DNA of 64,000 bases from a virus. The stretch lies in IMG/VR virus record IMGVR_UViG_3300012162_000002, positions 3,096 through 67,095 of that record. The stretch is one strand, 5' to 3'. Below the pieces are notes generated by a model. That model was not told where the DNA came from. It searched no databases and saw nothing but the letters and a program-made list of their open reading frames with translations. Below, piece by piece: positions 1 through 10,657 of the stretch; position 1 is the stretch's first letter, and every line of letters begins with the position of its first letter. The position numbers and the translations under genes were made by a program.

Positions 1-320
1 CAACCATATCCTTTACCATTTCATCAATTTCACTATATTGGAACAATCTTTCTCGTGCAAAATCATAAATTTCATAAAGATCATTATCTCCTATAATGCT
101 CTCATAAACAGAATTATCTATATTTGGTTCAAACGTTAAACCTTCAACGGCATATAGAAAAAATGCAGTTATATCATTTATTTTCTTAAAATATGGTGTA
201 TATAAGGTATTTCCATTTTCATCCGTGGTAAAATTTCCTGCTACTAAATATTTAATAATGTTAATTCTATCTACGTCACTGAGTCTTTCTTTGACACGCA
301 CATTTTCTTTTATCATACAT
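1..320 (-). CDS. hypothetical late-region protein (runs off window start)
   Basis: ATG at 320 with AGGAG RBS; frame open to the window edge (MYDKRKMRVKERLSD...). Confidence 0.7.
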
Positions 321-330
321 AAATCTCCTT

Positions 331-552
331 TTAATTTTTTAATTTAATTGTCCACTCACGACCATCTTTCGTTGCTAAATAAAAAGTGTTATCAAAATTA
401 TTCTTGATAACAGCAATTTGCGGACTTGACTTAGTATCCGTTATAAATAGGTATTCTTGAGATGTAAGTAAATAATTTCGTTGCTGTAAATAAGTCTGAA
501 TTTCATATGAATACATACTAATTACCAAACCGATTAATTGCGGCTTTGCCAA
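331..552 (-). CDS. hypothetical protein
   Basis: ORF in the operon direction, overlaps the upstream gene end. Confidence 0.55.
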   Translation of the reverse strand: MAKPQLIGLVISMYSYEIQTYLQQRNYLLTSQEYLFITDTKSSPQIAVIKNNFDNTFYLATKDGREWTIKLKN

Positions 553-994
553 TTAAAATAGCCTCTGCTACATCATCACTTACATTGATATTAAATTCTT
601 TCGCAACCATTTCAATTGCAGATTTCTTTAATTCTTCACGTTTATTTTTTGATTGATCTAACCCAGCCAGCTTACGCCATTCACTGGGTCGAATAACATT
701 AAACTCACAATCATTCATAATGCAATAACCATAAACCACTCCCTGTAGTCTAGTTAAAAATCTTTGAACTGCAACATTTCGATTAACAACAGTTTCCTCT
801 ATATATATAATATCTGGGTCTAAATTACATAAATAATCTATAATAGCATTAGACATTTTTTTAAATCTTGAATCCATATTTTTATCATAACTATAATCCA
901 ACAATTTATTTTCTGTTAGTTGTCCATTATCAAATATAGCAAGTCCAGTTTTTTTAGTTGCTGAATCTATACATACCATTCTACATTTTTTAAT
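518..994 (-). CDS. RuvC-like Holliday junction resolvase
   Basis: CIDSATKKTG N-terminal motif, IYIEE, and DDVAEAILIG C-terminal helix give the RuvC acidic tetrad; the RBS position favours ATT at 994 over ATG at 979. Confidence 0.8.
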   Translation of the reverse strand: MKKCRMVCIDSATKKTGLAIFDNGQLTENKLLDYSYDKNMDSRFKKMSNAIIDYLCNLDPDIIYIEETVVNRNVAVQRFLTRLQGVVYGYCIMNDCEFNVIRPSEWRKLAGLDQSKNKREELKKSAIEMVAKEFNINVSDDVAEAILIGKAAINRFGN

Positions 995-1118
995 ATTAAA
1001 TACCTTCTTTCTTCGTTAAGGGGTAGGAGAGTGCTTCAGACAGACACCCTCCAAACAAAATACAACCCTTACCCACTGTCTGAATTATTAATGGGTAAAG
1101 ATTGTATCTGATTTTTTA

Positions 1119-1301
1119 CTAACACAGACCGTCATAAAATTCTGATAAAGCATTAAATAATTTATGACTCTTTTTATATTTCCAAGTTGTAACCCCATCT
1201 ATTTCTTTAACAAACTCATATCTAATACGCCTATCCGTTAAATAGCGTACTTCTTCATACTGATTAGTCGCGTATTCTTTATCAATGTATCCGATAATAA
1301 T
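1119..1301 (-). CDS. small hypothetical protein (about 60 aa, non-canonical ATT/ATC start)
   Basis: AAAGGAGAG RBS then ATT ATT ATC GGA...TGT TAG; no in-frame ATG/GTG/TTG; missed by the ORF track. Confidence 0.55.
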   Translation of the reverse strand: MIIGYIDKEYATNQYEEVRYLTDRRIRYEFVKEIDGVTTWKYKKSHKLFNALSEFYDGLC

Positions 1302-1387
1302 CTCTCCTTTCTAAACCGTAAAAAATAAGGGAAGTAAAGTATACATAATCAATGTTAGATTAACGTATATTTACCTCCCTTATTTAA

Positions 1388-1750
1388 TTACGCTAATTTA
1401 TCATCACTATTTTGGGTTTGTTTTGTTCTTTTCTTAGATTGCTTGGTAACTGAAGTAGTAGAGTTAGTATGTTCTTTTATAATATCCTCATTTAAGATTT
1501 CTTCAATTAGTCTCTTTGAACCATCTTTAAAATTCTCCCAACCAGAAATATCTACTAAAGTCAACTTCGCTTTTGCTTCAATTTTAGATATAATCTTATT
1601 ATTATAATCTTGTAAGATCATGAAGATCTTATAGTGACTAATAGAATCAGTAATAGATCTCCAAGGAGTAAATGATTTTTCATTTAAACAAGAATCACAC
1701 GAATTATAACCAACCCCGCATACTACGCACCAATGATTTATTTCGTTCAT
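1388..1750 (-). CDS. hypothetical protein with Cys-rich (Zn-binding) N-terminus
   Basis: CVVC...CDSC; GAGGTG RBS. Confidence 0.7.
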   Translation of the reverse strand: MNEINHWCVVCGVGYNSCDSCLNEKSFTPWRSITDSISHYKIFMILQDYNNKIISKIEAKAKLTLVDISGWENFKDGSKRLIEEILNEDIIKEHTNSTTSVTKQSKKRTKQTQNSDDKLA

Positions 1751-1802
1751 TTAAACACCTCATTCATACAGGGAGACTTAATAATCTCCCTAAAAATCAT
1801 TC

Positions 1803-2576
1803 TTATTCTGCTACATGTACTGAGAACAAATCCGCATTTTCATCACAGAAGTCTTTCGTGAATTTTACTGTAAATGGGTGTTTCCCTGTACTAGTTAAAG
1901 CATGTTCTACCGAAGATGGGTCTAACTTACCTTTCTTAGCAACTATAACACCTGCATATTTAATAGCATCATTACATTTATCCCTAAAAATAACAAAGAT
2001 TCTAACGCCTACTGACGTTGGGAAGTTGTTTGTGTTATTAGAGACTTTTACGCCAGACTCAGTTTCATATTCATATTCGACATAAAAGTACCCAGTCATT
2101 CCGGTTGGTACAGTAATAACTTTATCATTAATTGAAAATTCTTCATTACTTACAGCTACCCCAACATTGATTTTTTTAGAAAGGCTACCACTCTCAAGTT
2201 TATAGATATATTTTAAATCACCCACTGGCTTATGTGATAAGGTAATCTTCCCGTTACTATCGACCGTCAAAGTTTCACCTGCTGGCATAATTATTTTATT
2301 TACTGAATCTGCTACTTGTTTAGTTGTCCCGTATTGCATAGCGGCCAGATCCAAACTAAATAGTGAATTATTTGCTGAAAATTCGGCAGTTTTTGCGCGA
2401 TATAAAGTAGTGATTACAGAGCCAATTGCGTCTGTAACGTCTTCTCCTTCCGATGCCGTATTTAAAGACGGATCTTCAAGAGAAGTTAATCTCCCAATTA
2501 TTGAACCATCCAAAAGATCACTAAAAGTCATATGTCTAACTCTATCCAAAATTAGTTCATCTAAGTTTATTCCCAT
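1803..2576 (-). CDS. major tail (tube) protein, putative
   Basis: Size, beta-rich acidic/Thr composition and position downstream of the head-tail genes; start at MGINLDEL with GGAGG RBS. Confidence 0.6.
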   Translation of the reverse strand: MGINLDELILDRVRHMTFSDLLDGSIIGRLTSLEDPSLNTASEGEDVTDAIGSVITTLYRAKTAEFSANNSLFSLDLAAMQYGTTKQVADSVNKIIMPAGETLTVDSNGKITLSHKPVGDLKYIYKLESGSLSKKINVGVAVSNEEFSINDKVITVPTGMTGYFYVEYEYETESGVKVSNNTNNFPTSVGVRIFVIFRDKCNDAIKYAGVIVAKKGKLDPSSVEHALTSTGKHPFTVKFTKDFCDENADLFSVHVAE

Positions 2577-2610
2577 GTTTATTTCCTCCTTTAAAATAAA
2601 AAGGAGAACT

Positions 2611-3345
2611 TTAAAGTTCTCCCATCCAATCAATTTCTTTTTTGTCTATATCTTTTAAATCTATTCCAAACCCAGAATATCCACTCTGTATTAAAAACTT
2701 TGAACTGCTTATTTTAGCGATCCTTTTAACACTATCCATAAAAGTATATATTGGCATTAAAAAAACGGTTTCGTTATCTTTCTTGAAACCGTCGCTATTT
2801 ACCAATGCTGACACATAGTGTAGAAGAGAAGATTTATAGGGCTTATTTTTGTTCATTTCATATTCTTCTTTTGCATCAATTATTAAAATTTCTCTAGTTG
2901 ATTCATTCCCTGGCATTTCATTGTTTCTTTCTATACCATGCATTTTCCGGATACAGCCAATTAATTCATTGTATATATATCTGTTTATAGTAATGTCGTT
3001 TTCAGAATCATGTAATACAACTTCATCAATATTTAAATTAATCATAAGTTCAAATTTAGACAAATCCAATTCGCCAAGCAGGATTTCCGTGTCTTCTTTT
3101 TTGTATAAACGACTTATATATTGACAAAATAAATCATAATCTGAAATCTTTGTATAATCAATACCATTTTCGTCCAGCTGCCATTTTAAATCCGCACCAA
3201 CATAACACAATTGATGAACCATACTATAATATCTCTGTTCTCCATGATCACATATATCCCCAACTGTCGGATGTCTTACTATAATTTTATCAGTTATAGA
3301 ATGACCATTCCCACGATATAATCTCAATTCATCTATTTTGTTCAA
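2611..3345 (-). CDS. tail/neck region hypothetical protein
   Basis: ORF track; position in structural operon. Confidence 0.6.
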   Translation of the reverse strand: MNKIDELRLYRGNGHSITDKIIVRHPTVGDICDHGEQRYYSMVHQLCYVGADLKWQLDENGIDYTKISDYDLFCQYISRLYKKEDTEILLGELDLSKFELMINLNIDEVVLHDSENDITINRYIYNELIGCIRKMHGIERNNEMPGNESTREILIIDAKEEYEMNKNKPYKSSLLHYVSALVNSDGFKKDNETVFLMPIYTFMDSVKRIAKISSSKFLIQSGYSGFGIDLKDIDKKEIDWMGEL

Positions 3346-3860
3346 TTAACATCATTCCAATCATTGCATTTTGAAGCATTTAAATCAACTGTTTCAAATA
3401 TCATTTTACGATATAAATGTTCTGAAGAAAATGCCCCCTCGACATTAGTCTCTAATTTTAATTCCCCAAGACCATAATCATTTTTACCATTTAATTTATT
3501 GTCAATTAACTGAGATAGATAGTCGTTTCGATTAACAGTTATCTTTGGGATATTGTTTATCTTCATATTTTTTTCATGAGATATTATCCAAATTTCTAAG
3601 ATAGGCTTAACAAAAGTTTTATTTCTATCATGTGATCTTGGTATTTGAACTTGAATTGTAATAAAAGTAATGCTATCTTTAATAGTATTAGGGTTCTGAT
3701 GATATGGGAATATATGTGTATTAATAAGTTGATCCGATAAATCAAAATCTTTTATGTTGGGGCTATTTATGGCATGAAATATATCTTCATCATTTGTTAG
3801 TGCAGACATTATTCTATCTTTAATAATCGTTATTATTGAACTATTAGCTATACATACCAC
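3342..3860 (-). CDS. tail terminator/completion protein, putative
   Basis: Size and synteny just upstream of the tail tube gene. Confidence 0.5.
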   Translation of the reverse strand: MVCIANSSIITIIKDRIMSALTNDEDIFHAINSPNIKDFDLSDQLINTHIFPYHQNPNTIKDSITFITIQVQIPRSHDRNKTFVKPILEIWIISHEKNMKINNIPKITVNRNDYLSQLIDNKLNGKNDYGLGELKLETNVEGAFSSEHLYRKMIFETVDLNASKCNDWNDVN

Positions 3861-3870
3861 CCCCCCCCCA

Positions 3871-4959
3871 TTAATAATAGCTGTCTATATTAATTCTAAT
3901 TTCAGATTGGGTTACTAAGCCGTTTTCTGAATCCAAACGTAATATAAAACTTTCACCGATCAGAGAATTATCTAAAACATTCAATTTAATTACATTATCA
4001 TAAATATCATAAGTAAGTAATTCTTGATCAAACCCACAAACGAATGTCCATTTTGGTATTAAATCATCTAAAATGTTGTCATTGTCATCAGAAAATTTAG
4101 CTATAAATTCTCTTGGTTTCCCAATTTTCAAAGTAGAAGACTTGTACTGAATCTCAGATAAAATACTACTTTCATTCGCATCCGGTACTGATGGTAGTGG
4201 GAGAGTAGTGGGGTCTATGTAGTCTGGTATACCATTTTTAAGATCTTTATCAGTTGCCGTATGTTGTGTTTCAGTAAACATCAATGACATATAACCTTTG
4301 CCCATATAAGAATAATTGACCGTATCAATTTTTGTTAATTTATATGCAGTTGGAGTTTCGTCATCATTATCTATGAAAAATTTTTTATCATGATTTAGTA
4401 TTTTAGTATTTTCATTTAATTCTGTATAAGTCATGATTTGATCGGCTCCAATAGTCATTACCTTATCCTTATTTTCACCATTATTATATTGAGTAGCATT
4501 CCTGGAAATCATCGGAATCTCATGTATAACACATTTTTCATCCTGCCATCTTAACATTTTATTACATTTTCCTAATTTACCCTCATAATTTATCTCTCCA
4601 CGAATATATGACTCAATACACAGCCAATAATCATCATATTTTTCATCATATATAATCTCTCCCAATTTTAACGGATCTGTTATTTCTGTTTGAAATTTGG
4701 TGACAACACCATAAGAAGCATTGTATTTCCCATCATATAATCTTGGGGATATTTTGTCTTTGGTATTATAAAATACCATATACGGATTATGCGAAGGATC
4801 ATCTTCAAAAGTACAATTTATTAACATTTTTGCATTTTTTATATTTTCTTCACGCAATGATTTTCCACTTGTAAGTTCCATTCTACGTTTAAATCTGTTC
4901 AATCCTTCAATATTAATCACCCCACTAAATAGTTTTTTTTGTTTTATTCTTCCACGCAT
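3871..4959 (-). CDS. head-closure/neck structural protein, putative
   Basis: ORF track; synteny after the adaptor gene. Confidence 0.5.
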   Translation of the reverse strand: MRGRIKQKKLFSGVINIEGLNRFKRRMELTSGKSLREENIKNAKMLINCTFEDDPSHNPYMVFYNTKDKISPRLYDGKYNASYGVVTKFQTEITDPLKLGEIIYDEKYDDYWLCIESYIRGEINYEGKLGKCNKMLRWQDEKCVIHEIPMISRNATQYNNGENKDKVMTIGADQIMTYTELNENTKILNHDKKFFIDNDDETPTAYKLTKIDTVNYSYMGKGYMSLMFTETQHTATDKDLKNGIPDYIDPTTLPLPSVPDANESSILSEIQYKSSTLKIGKPREFIAKFSDDNDNILDDLIPKWTFVCGFDQELLTYDIYDNVIKLNVLDNSLIGESFILRLDSENGLVTQSEIRINIDSYY

Positions 4960-5353
4960 ACCTTACAAGCAATGTTTCATTCTCTGCTAAATAAGTTTTG
5001 TGCATATTCATTAGTTTATCTAAAAAATTAGCGGGGGAAAATGCATTAAAATCAGAAGAACTTAAATTTGCTTTTAAAATAGTAGGAACTTTAATATAAT
5101 TAGCATCTAAAAATGACAACACCATATAATTACTTAAGATTTCTATTTCATCATCATCAAGATCATTATTAAACTCCTCATAATCATCATCTCTGTCCCT
5201 TAAATTTGTTTTACAAACATGAAATGATACAATTGCTGGACGCAAATAATCATGGAGCAATTCTTTTACTTCTTTGACGGACATTACCGGGATATCAAAA
5301 TCTTTAAACTTAGGCAATACGCTTTCATATATAGATTCATATGGAGTTGACAT
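4925..5353 (-). CDS. head-tail adaptor protein, putative
   Basis: 142-aa helical protein following the capsid cluster. Confidence 0.5.
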   Translation of the reverse strand: MSTPYESIYESVLPKFKDFDIPVMSVKEVKELLHDYLRPAIVSFHVCKTNLRDRDDDYEEFNNDLDDDEIEILSNYMVLSFLDANYIKVPTILKANLSSSDFNAFSPANFLDKLMNMHKTYLAENETLLVRYAWKNKTKKTI

Positions 5354-5368
5354 TTTGACACCTCCATT

Positions 5369-5932
5369 CTAATCAATCAAAATGAGCAAATCTACATTTA
5401 AAAGCTTCTCTAAATTTCTGATTACTTGTGCATCTGAAACATCGCCGTTTATGATTAAATTTTTAAGTTTCTTAATCAATGTTTCCCTAAGTCCTTTAGG
5501 AATTGATTGTATTTTGGACTCTATCTCATTATTATTAGCTTTTGTATAAGACTTTGCATCCATTAGAAAATCATAACTTTCATATGTTTTTACTAATCCA
5601 AATTCTTTAATAATTCTATCGTCATGTAGCTTTAACCACATGTTTTTGAAATAAGACTTTGAGTTTCGCCACATATCTTTAATGGCTGAATATGACATTT
5701 TTTCTTCATGACCTATATCTTCCCACGTATAAAAATCATTATTTTTACTATCTTTATATGACACATGTGGTATAACAGAAGTAACAACAAGTTCATCATC
5801 GTTTTGTAATGGTATTACTCTTTTTGCCTTGGTTGTTGATTTTCCACTTACAGCAACAGAAGATGTTGTCTCGGTATTATTTGAGACAACATCTCCAACA
5901 TTGGTAGTGGTTTTACTTTTTGTGTTTGCCAT
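5369..5932 (-). CDS. hypothetical structural-operon protein
   Basis: ORF with AAGGTGG RBS after the capsid gene. Confidence 0.6.
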   Translation of the reverse strand: MANTKSKTTTNVGDVVSNNTETTSSVAVSGKSTTKAKRVIPLQNDDELVVTSVIPHVSYKDSKNNDFYTWEDIGHEEKMSYSAIKDMWRNSKSYFKNMWLKLHDDRIIKEFGLVKTYESYDFLMDAKSYTKANNNEIESKIQSIPKGLRETLIKKLKNLIINGDVSDAQVIRNLEKLLNVDLLILID

Positions 5933-5957
5933 TTATAAACCACCTTTACTAATTTTT

Positions 5958-6995
5958 TTATTGCGCAATTTCAAACACCCCAAAATATTGCGGTAAAATA
6001 AGACCCATGCCCATTTTAGTCTGAACCTGAACGTCAACGGACATGTCATTATTCTTTTTGCCTGTAGTATCCAACTCAGAACGCGTATCTCCCTCAAACT
6101 CCAATTTGATTGGCTTTACGTCACTTCCAAAAATGAAAACCTTATTGTTAGATAGAGCAGGATTATATGTACCAGACTTCAAAGCTTGAGGAACAACTAA
6201 TAAGGAATTACCCTCCCAATCACCAATAGAACCAGTCTTGGCTTTTGCTTCTTTTTGAGAATTTGCAAATGTTTTATCCGGTATAATATTAGTTAATTTT
6301 CTAAGAGATCCTGGTGTTCCTGCAACTGTCATCTCGCCATAACCACCAGCAGCTTGAATGACATCAACCAAATCTCCAAGTGCTTCTTCGCTATTTCCTT
6401 GGCGACTAAATTCTGACGGAACGGCATCTGCAATGTTTTCAAATTGAATGTGTATTCTATCTTTGATATGTTTGTTAATAGACTTATAAATCTTGTCCAA
6501 TATTTTTTCAAGAGTACCAATACCCAACAAGAATCTTTCAAGATCCTCATAACAATGAATGTAAATCCACTCCTTCGGCAAAGTAATTTCCTCACCGATA
6601 TCTAAAGCCTGTCTGTTTGTATCCCAGTGATTGCCAGCAAAGCTAGCTACAGACAACAGTCCACCTTCAGAATAGAATGCAGATTTGTCACCTAAAACTC
6701 TATTTTTTACTTCAACAAAAGAGTCAATAAATGGAGAATTTAATACATCCTCTCCAATCGTAACATTAACGATTTCTTCCATGATTTCATATAAAACAAT
6801 ATTGTTTCTACGTATTGCTTGATAAAAGGTTGCCCCTTTTAATATATCCTTGTTAATTTTATCTCTCAGATAATTCTCCAAATCAGTACGACCAACTTTT
6901 TCCGAATCCACATGTAAGGAAAAATCGCCCCTAGCTAAATCAAGAGTTAAGTCATAAATTTTAGTAATTTCTTTAGAAAAATTTGTTCTAGACAT
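5958..6995 (-). CDS. major capsid protein (HK97 fold, putative)
   Basis: 345 aa, strong GGAGG RBS, follows protease/scaffold and decoration genes. Confidence 0.7.
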   Translation of the reverse strand: MSRTNFSKEITKIYDLTLDLARGDFSLHVDSEKVGRTDLENYLRDKINKDILKGATFYQAIRRNNIVLYEIMEEIVNVTIGEDVLNSPFIDSFVEVKNRVLGDKSAFYSEGGLLSVASFAGNHWDTNRQALDIGEEITLPKEWIYIHCYEDLERFLLGIGTLEKILDKIYKSINKHIKDRIHIQFENIADAVPSEFSRQGNSEEALGDLVDVIQAAGGYGEMTVAGTPGSLRKLTNIIPDKTFANSQKEAKAKTGSIGDWEGNSLLVVPQALKSGTYNPALSNNKVFIFGSDVKPIKLEFEGDTRSELDTTGKKNNDMSVDVQVQTKMGMGLILPQYFGVFEIAQ

Positions 6996-7024
6996 GTTAT
7001 GTATCCTCCTTGTTTATTTTATAA

Positions 7025-7573
7025 TTACGCCAAAGTGGTAACTTCGACTTTGTAAAGCTCAATTGAGTAGCCATATGTATGAGCGTTTGTTACTAAAGTT
7101 CCACCCTGAATTTTCTTATATGATACTGTTGCTTCAAATTGGGCACTCGCAGTTGTTGATGCTTTTGCGATTAACTTACCGGATGTATCAACTGTTAAAA
7201 AAGCATCAACTTTTAAGTCACCAACACTATCTTCGGTTACAGCCGCCGGGTTAATTTCAAACTCGTCACCCATATATAGCTTACGCACTCTAAATTTTGT
7301 CCCCACATCAATTTTAAACTTATCTTTCCTTTGGTTGGTTCTACGACATTCGTCATAATCCCATGCAGGCTGATCAACAATTACTAATTTCTTGCCAGCC
7401 GCAACTCCAGGTTTAAAATTATAGACAGCGTCTTCACCGTCCACCAAACCATCTAAATAACCAATCATTGCATTTTCAATTTCTACATCTGCAACAACAT
7501 CATAGGATCTTCCACCACCACGATAAGTGCTAACCATATTTGTAGAATTAATTACACCAGTTGTTTTTCCCAT
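7025..7573 (-). CDS. capsid-associated/decoration protein, putative
   Basis: 182 aa, between scaffold and capsid genes. Confidence 0.5.
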   Translation of the reverse strand: MGKTTGVINSTNMVSTYRGGGRSYDVVADVEIENAMIGYLDGLVDGEDAVYNFKPGVAAGKKLVIVDQPAWDYDECRRTNQRKDKFKIDVGTKFRVRKLYMGDEFEINPAAVTEDSVGDLKVDAFLTVDTSGKLIAKASTTASAQFEATVSYKKIQGGTLVTNAHTYGYSIELYKVEVTTLA

Positions 7574-7590
7574 TTTAAAATCCTCCTTAA

Positions 7591-9066
7591 TTATTTGTTA
7601 ACCGGAATATAACCGTATTTAGTTTCAATAAATCCATCATCATCTATAGGATCTATAACATCAGCAGCAAAGGATGAATCTTTTGCTTTCTTTGAAAAAT
7701 TAGCACTGAGACTTTTTTTCGTAAACAATAAAGCACACTGTCCTTCAATATCTTCCAAATTTAATTCATCTTTATTTTTTTTGATTTTTAAATACTCAGT
7801 ATTGTCCGATAAATGTTCATCAAATTTTGTGAACAACTCGTCTTTTCTTTTGCTTAATTCCTTTTCTTCATTTTCTTTTTCTTTCTTTACAAAATTTTCA
7901 TACTCTGGTTTAATCTTGTCTAATTCTGTTTTTACAACAGAATAATTAGTTTCCAATCCCGACTTTTCAGAATCCAAAGTATCTATTTTTTCGGTTACAG
8001 TTTGTTCAAATTCTTCAATATGTTTTGCAAAAGAAAAAGCACCTTCATATAAAGCGCCATCTACATAATCAACATATTGAGTTTTCTTACGACATCTGGT
8101 AGCAAAATCAATTACAGACTTATCCTCATTAACTGAAAACTTAAATCCATAGTAATTGTAATTGTCACCTCGGTCTGTAACTATTACTTCATCTCCCTGA
8201 ACATCAACAGCGTAATATCGCTGAACTTCATCTCCCCAATAATTCTTAGTTTTCTCATAAGAAGATACGATATTGCTTATTTCAGAAAACTGTTCCATAA
8301 CAGTTAATGAAAAATCTTTTTTTGTGTCACTTGGGTTTGCCATTGGCTGACCTCCTTCTTTTAATTCTTTTTGATTATTTTGCTTTTTAATGTAATCTGT
8401 AAAAGCAGTTAATTTATTAGACAATTCACTTTGAATGTTTTTAACAAAATCATTCATTGTAAATTGAACTTCAATAGTAGAATTTTGCATTCCAGGTTCT
8501 TGATCTTCACCTAAAATACAAGCAGCTTGAAAAGTTATTTTTGTAAAATGAAACAACGAATCTTCATCTTCATAGCCATCAATATATCCATCCTTATCAA
8601 ATAGTTCCATACTGTGACTTTTTATAAGATCCCTGTTCATGATTTCAGCACCATCTTCAAATTGATTCCATATGAGTCCATTTACAACTAAAAATGTTCT
8701 TGTTATGCCGTCATCACACAGTCTTTCCTCATAACGAGCATCGTTGTCCCCACTGCTCAACACACAGCCGTAAGGATGTCCAATGTAAGTTCTTGTAATT
8801 TCACCATCTTTTCTTGTTAGAATATATCTGTGATCACTAAAATCTTCTTCGCCACTTTTATTTTTTTCGATAAATCCAACAATAGGTATATAACCAAGTG
8901 TTGGTAGTGCATCATCAACAACTTCTTTATCTATAATAGAACCATTGAAATTTTCTCCAAGATGCATCATCCATATTTTCACTCTTGTAAACCTATCATC
9001 GTTTATATCCAAATCGTCTAGTTTTTGAAACATGATTGGGAATTTATATCTTGATTGCTTTGCCAT
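7591..9066 (-). CDS. prohead protease/scaffold protein (SPbeta YonD-like)
   Basis: N-terminal globular domain (HLGENFNGS...HSMEL...AACILG) plus C-terminal coiled coil; downstream of portal; start MAKQSRY after GGAGG. Confidence 0.6.
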   Translation of the reverse strand: MAKQSRYKFPIMFQKLDDLDINDDRFTRVKIWMMHLGENFNGSIIDKEVVDDALPTLGYIPIVGFIEKNKSGEEDFSDHRYILTRKDGEITRTYIGHPYGCVLSSGDNDARYEERLCDDGITRTFLVVNGLIWNQFEDGAEIMNRDLIKSHSMELFDKDGYIDGYEDEDSLFHFTKITFQAACILGEDQEPGMQNSTIEVQFTMNDFVKNIQSELSNKLTAFTDYIKKQNNQKELKEGGQPMANPSDTKKDFSLTVMEQFSEISNIVSSYEKTKNYWGDEVQRYYAVDVQGDEVIVTDRGDNYNYYGFKFSVNEDKSVIDFATRCRKKTQYVDYVDGALYEGAFSFAKHIEEFEQTVTEKIDTLDSEKSGLETNYSVVKTELDKIKPEYENFVKKEKENEEKELSKRKDELFTKFDEHLSDNTEYLKIKKNKDELNLEDIEGQCALLFTKKSLSANFSKKAKDSSFAADVIDPIDDDGFIETKYGYIPVNK

Positions 9067-9079
9067 TTTAAACCTCCTT

Positions 9080-10639
9080 TCACCGTTTAGAATTACTATC
9101 ATTATTCTGCGTCTGTTCCCCTGAATCACTTAGTATTTCCCCTTGTGATTCGCTAGTTGGTCTTCCAACATCGGCAGAATTTTGTGTGTGAGAAGATTTA
9201 AGTGGTATCCATCTTTTATCCCATTGAAAAACATCTTTTTCCAAAACTAAAGCCCCCTCAATTCGAGAAGGGGTCATATCTAAAGCAGCCATAAATTTAT
9301 CTTTTACAGGAGCACCATACTGACATGCATTTTGATATTTATTAATGACCTTATCTTTGTTGTATATGGTCATATCTAAAATATAAAAAAGAAATTTGAA
9401 TAATGGTTTATTATATTTGTTGATTTTAATATATCTGTTAATCCATCTCTCAAACTGTCGGTATATTCCATATATAATACCTGAATCATTTTCCAACGAA
9501 TATGTCATGGAAGTACCACTAGCAGAACCATTAAAGGCTTCTTTAGGAACTCCGGACGAATTATAAATATCATCAGTGGCATCGGCTACATTATTTCTAC
9601 TATTCGCAGAATCTTTAAATGAAACAGCTTTACCTTCAGAACCAAGAGTGTGTATGAGTCCAATATCATCAGACATACTTTCTTTATTCATTTCGGCAAA
9701 TATACCCAATGTATCAGGAGTTAATAATGGTTTATCAATAGTAGCTTCATCTATTGGAACTTTAATAATTATTGCTTTATAATTATCAGTTCTGGCAGAC
9801 TGTAGTTTCAACTTTTTATAAGTGTCTAAATCAAAAATATCCCTCACAATTGCTATCAGCATTGGGAAAGGATAAATAAGATGGCTATTTAGTTTTAAAC
9901 ATATCTGCTTATCTGCCGGTGGAGAATACCATCTATCAATTTCTCCTTGTTGAAACTGTAAGTAAGCCTGTTGTATATATATAGGATAGGCATTGATATT
10001 TATCGGATTAATACCTGAAAGATTTATTTTAAAATTATAAACACCATCTTGTATTTGTGATATTTTACAAATACGATAATCTAACTGCTGAATAAAAAAG
10101 TCTGTAGTATTTTCCATTATTACACCGCAATAAACATCCATGTACGGTAGCGTTTTCATAATCCTTGCAAATTCATGCTTCAAAGACATTTTTTCCAACT
10201 GAGACGACAAACTATAATACGCCTTTTTTAGTTTATCAGGACTATAATCTTCTTTGACATCATAAATATCAAGACCCCAATTCAGTACAGCCATATTGCT
10301 AAAATATGTATTCACTTTATTGTAATGAGGTGAAATACGCATCAAATAATCACTTGTGTCTAATAAGATTCTATATCCAGTAGTTGGATGTTCCAATGCT
10401 GCGTTGATAGATTCTAAAGAATGATGTCCACAGTAAAACGTATCTATAGTATTATTCATACATAAATCATGCATCATAAGCCGCTGGAAGGACGACCAGT
10501 TTACCGGTTTATTGTTGTCTATAGAATCATTTAATGATTTTTCGTCTTCATTATATTGCCCCTTTGAATAGATAGTTTTTGTACAAAAATCCTTGCTTTT
10601 TTTATTTTTATATCTATTCTTATTTCGATTATAACTCAA
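9080..10639 (-). CDS. portal protein, putative
   Basis: 519 aa directly after terminase; C-terminal VGRPT motif typical of siphophage portals. Confidence 0.7.
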   Translation of the reverse strand: MSYNRNKNRYKNKKSKDFCTKTIYSKGQYNEDEKSLNDSIDNNKPVNWSSFQRLMMHDLCMNNTIDTFYCGHHSLESINAALEHPTTGYRILLDTSDYLMRISPHYNKVNTYFSNMAVLNWGLDIYDVKEDYSPDKLKKAYYSLSSQLEKMSLKHEFARIMKTLPYMDVYCGVIMENTTDFFIQQLDYRICKISQIQDGVYNFKINLSGINPININAYPIYIQQAYLQFQQGEIDRWYSPPADKQICLKLNSHLIYPFPMLIAIVRDIFDLDTYKKLKLQSARTDNYKAIIIKVPIDEATIDKPLLTPDTLGIFAEMNKESMSDDIGLIHTLGSEGKAVSFKDSANSRNNVADATDDIYNSSGVPKEAFNGSASGTSMTYSLENDSGIIYGIYRQFERWINRYIKINKYNKPLFKFLFYILDMTIYNKDKVINKYQNACQYGAPVKDKFMAALDMTPSRIEGALVLEKDVFQWDKRWIPLKSSHTQNSADVGRPTSESQGEILSDSGEQTQNNDSNSKR

Positions 10640-10657
10640 TGTCTGTATTTCACCTCC

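Noticed and set aside
1322-1385. Long inverted repeat downstream of 1388-1750
   Set aside because: Most simply a terminator or processing hairpin; nothing further supports a special role.
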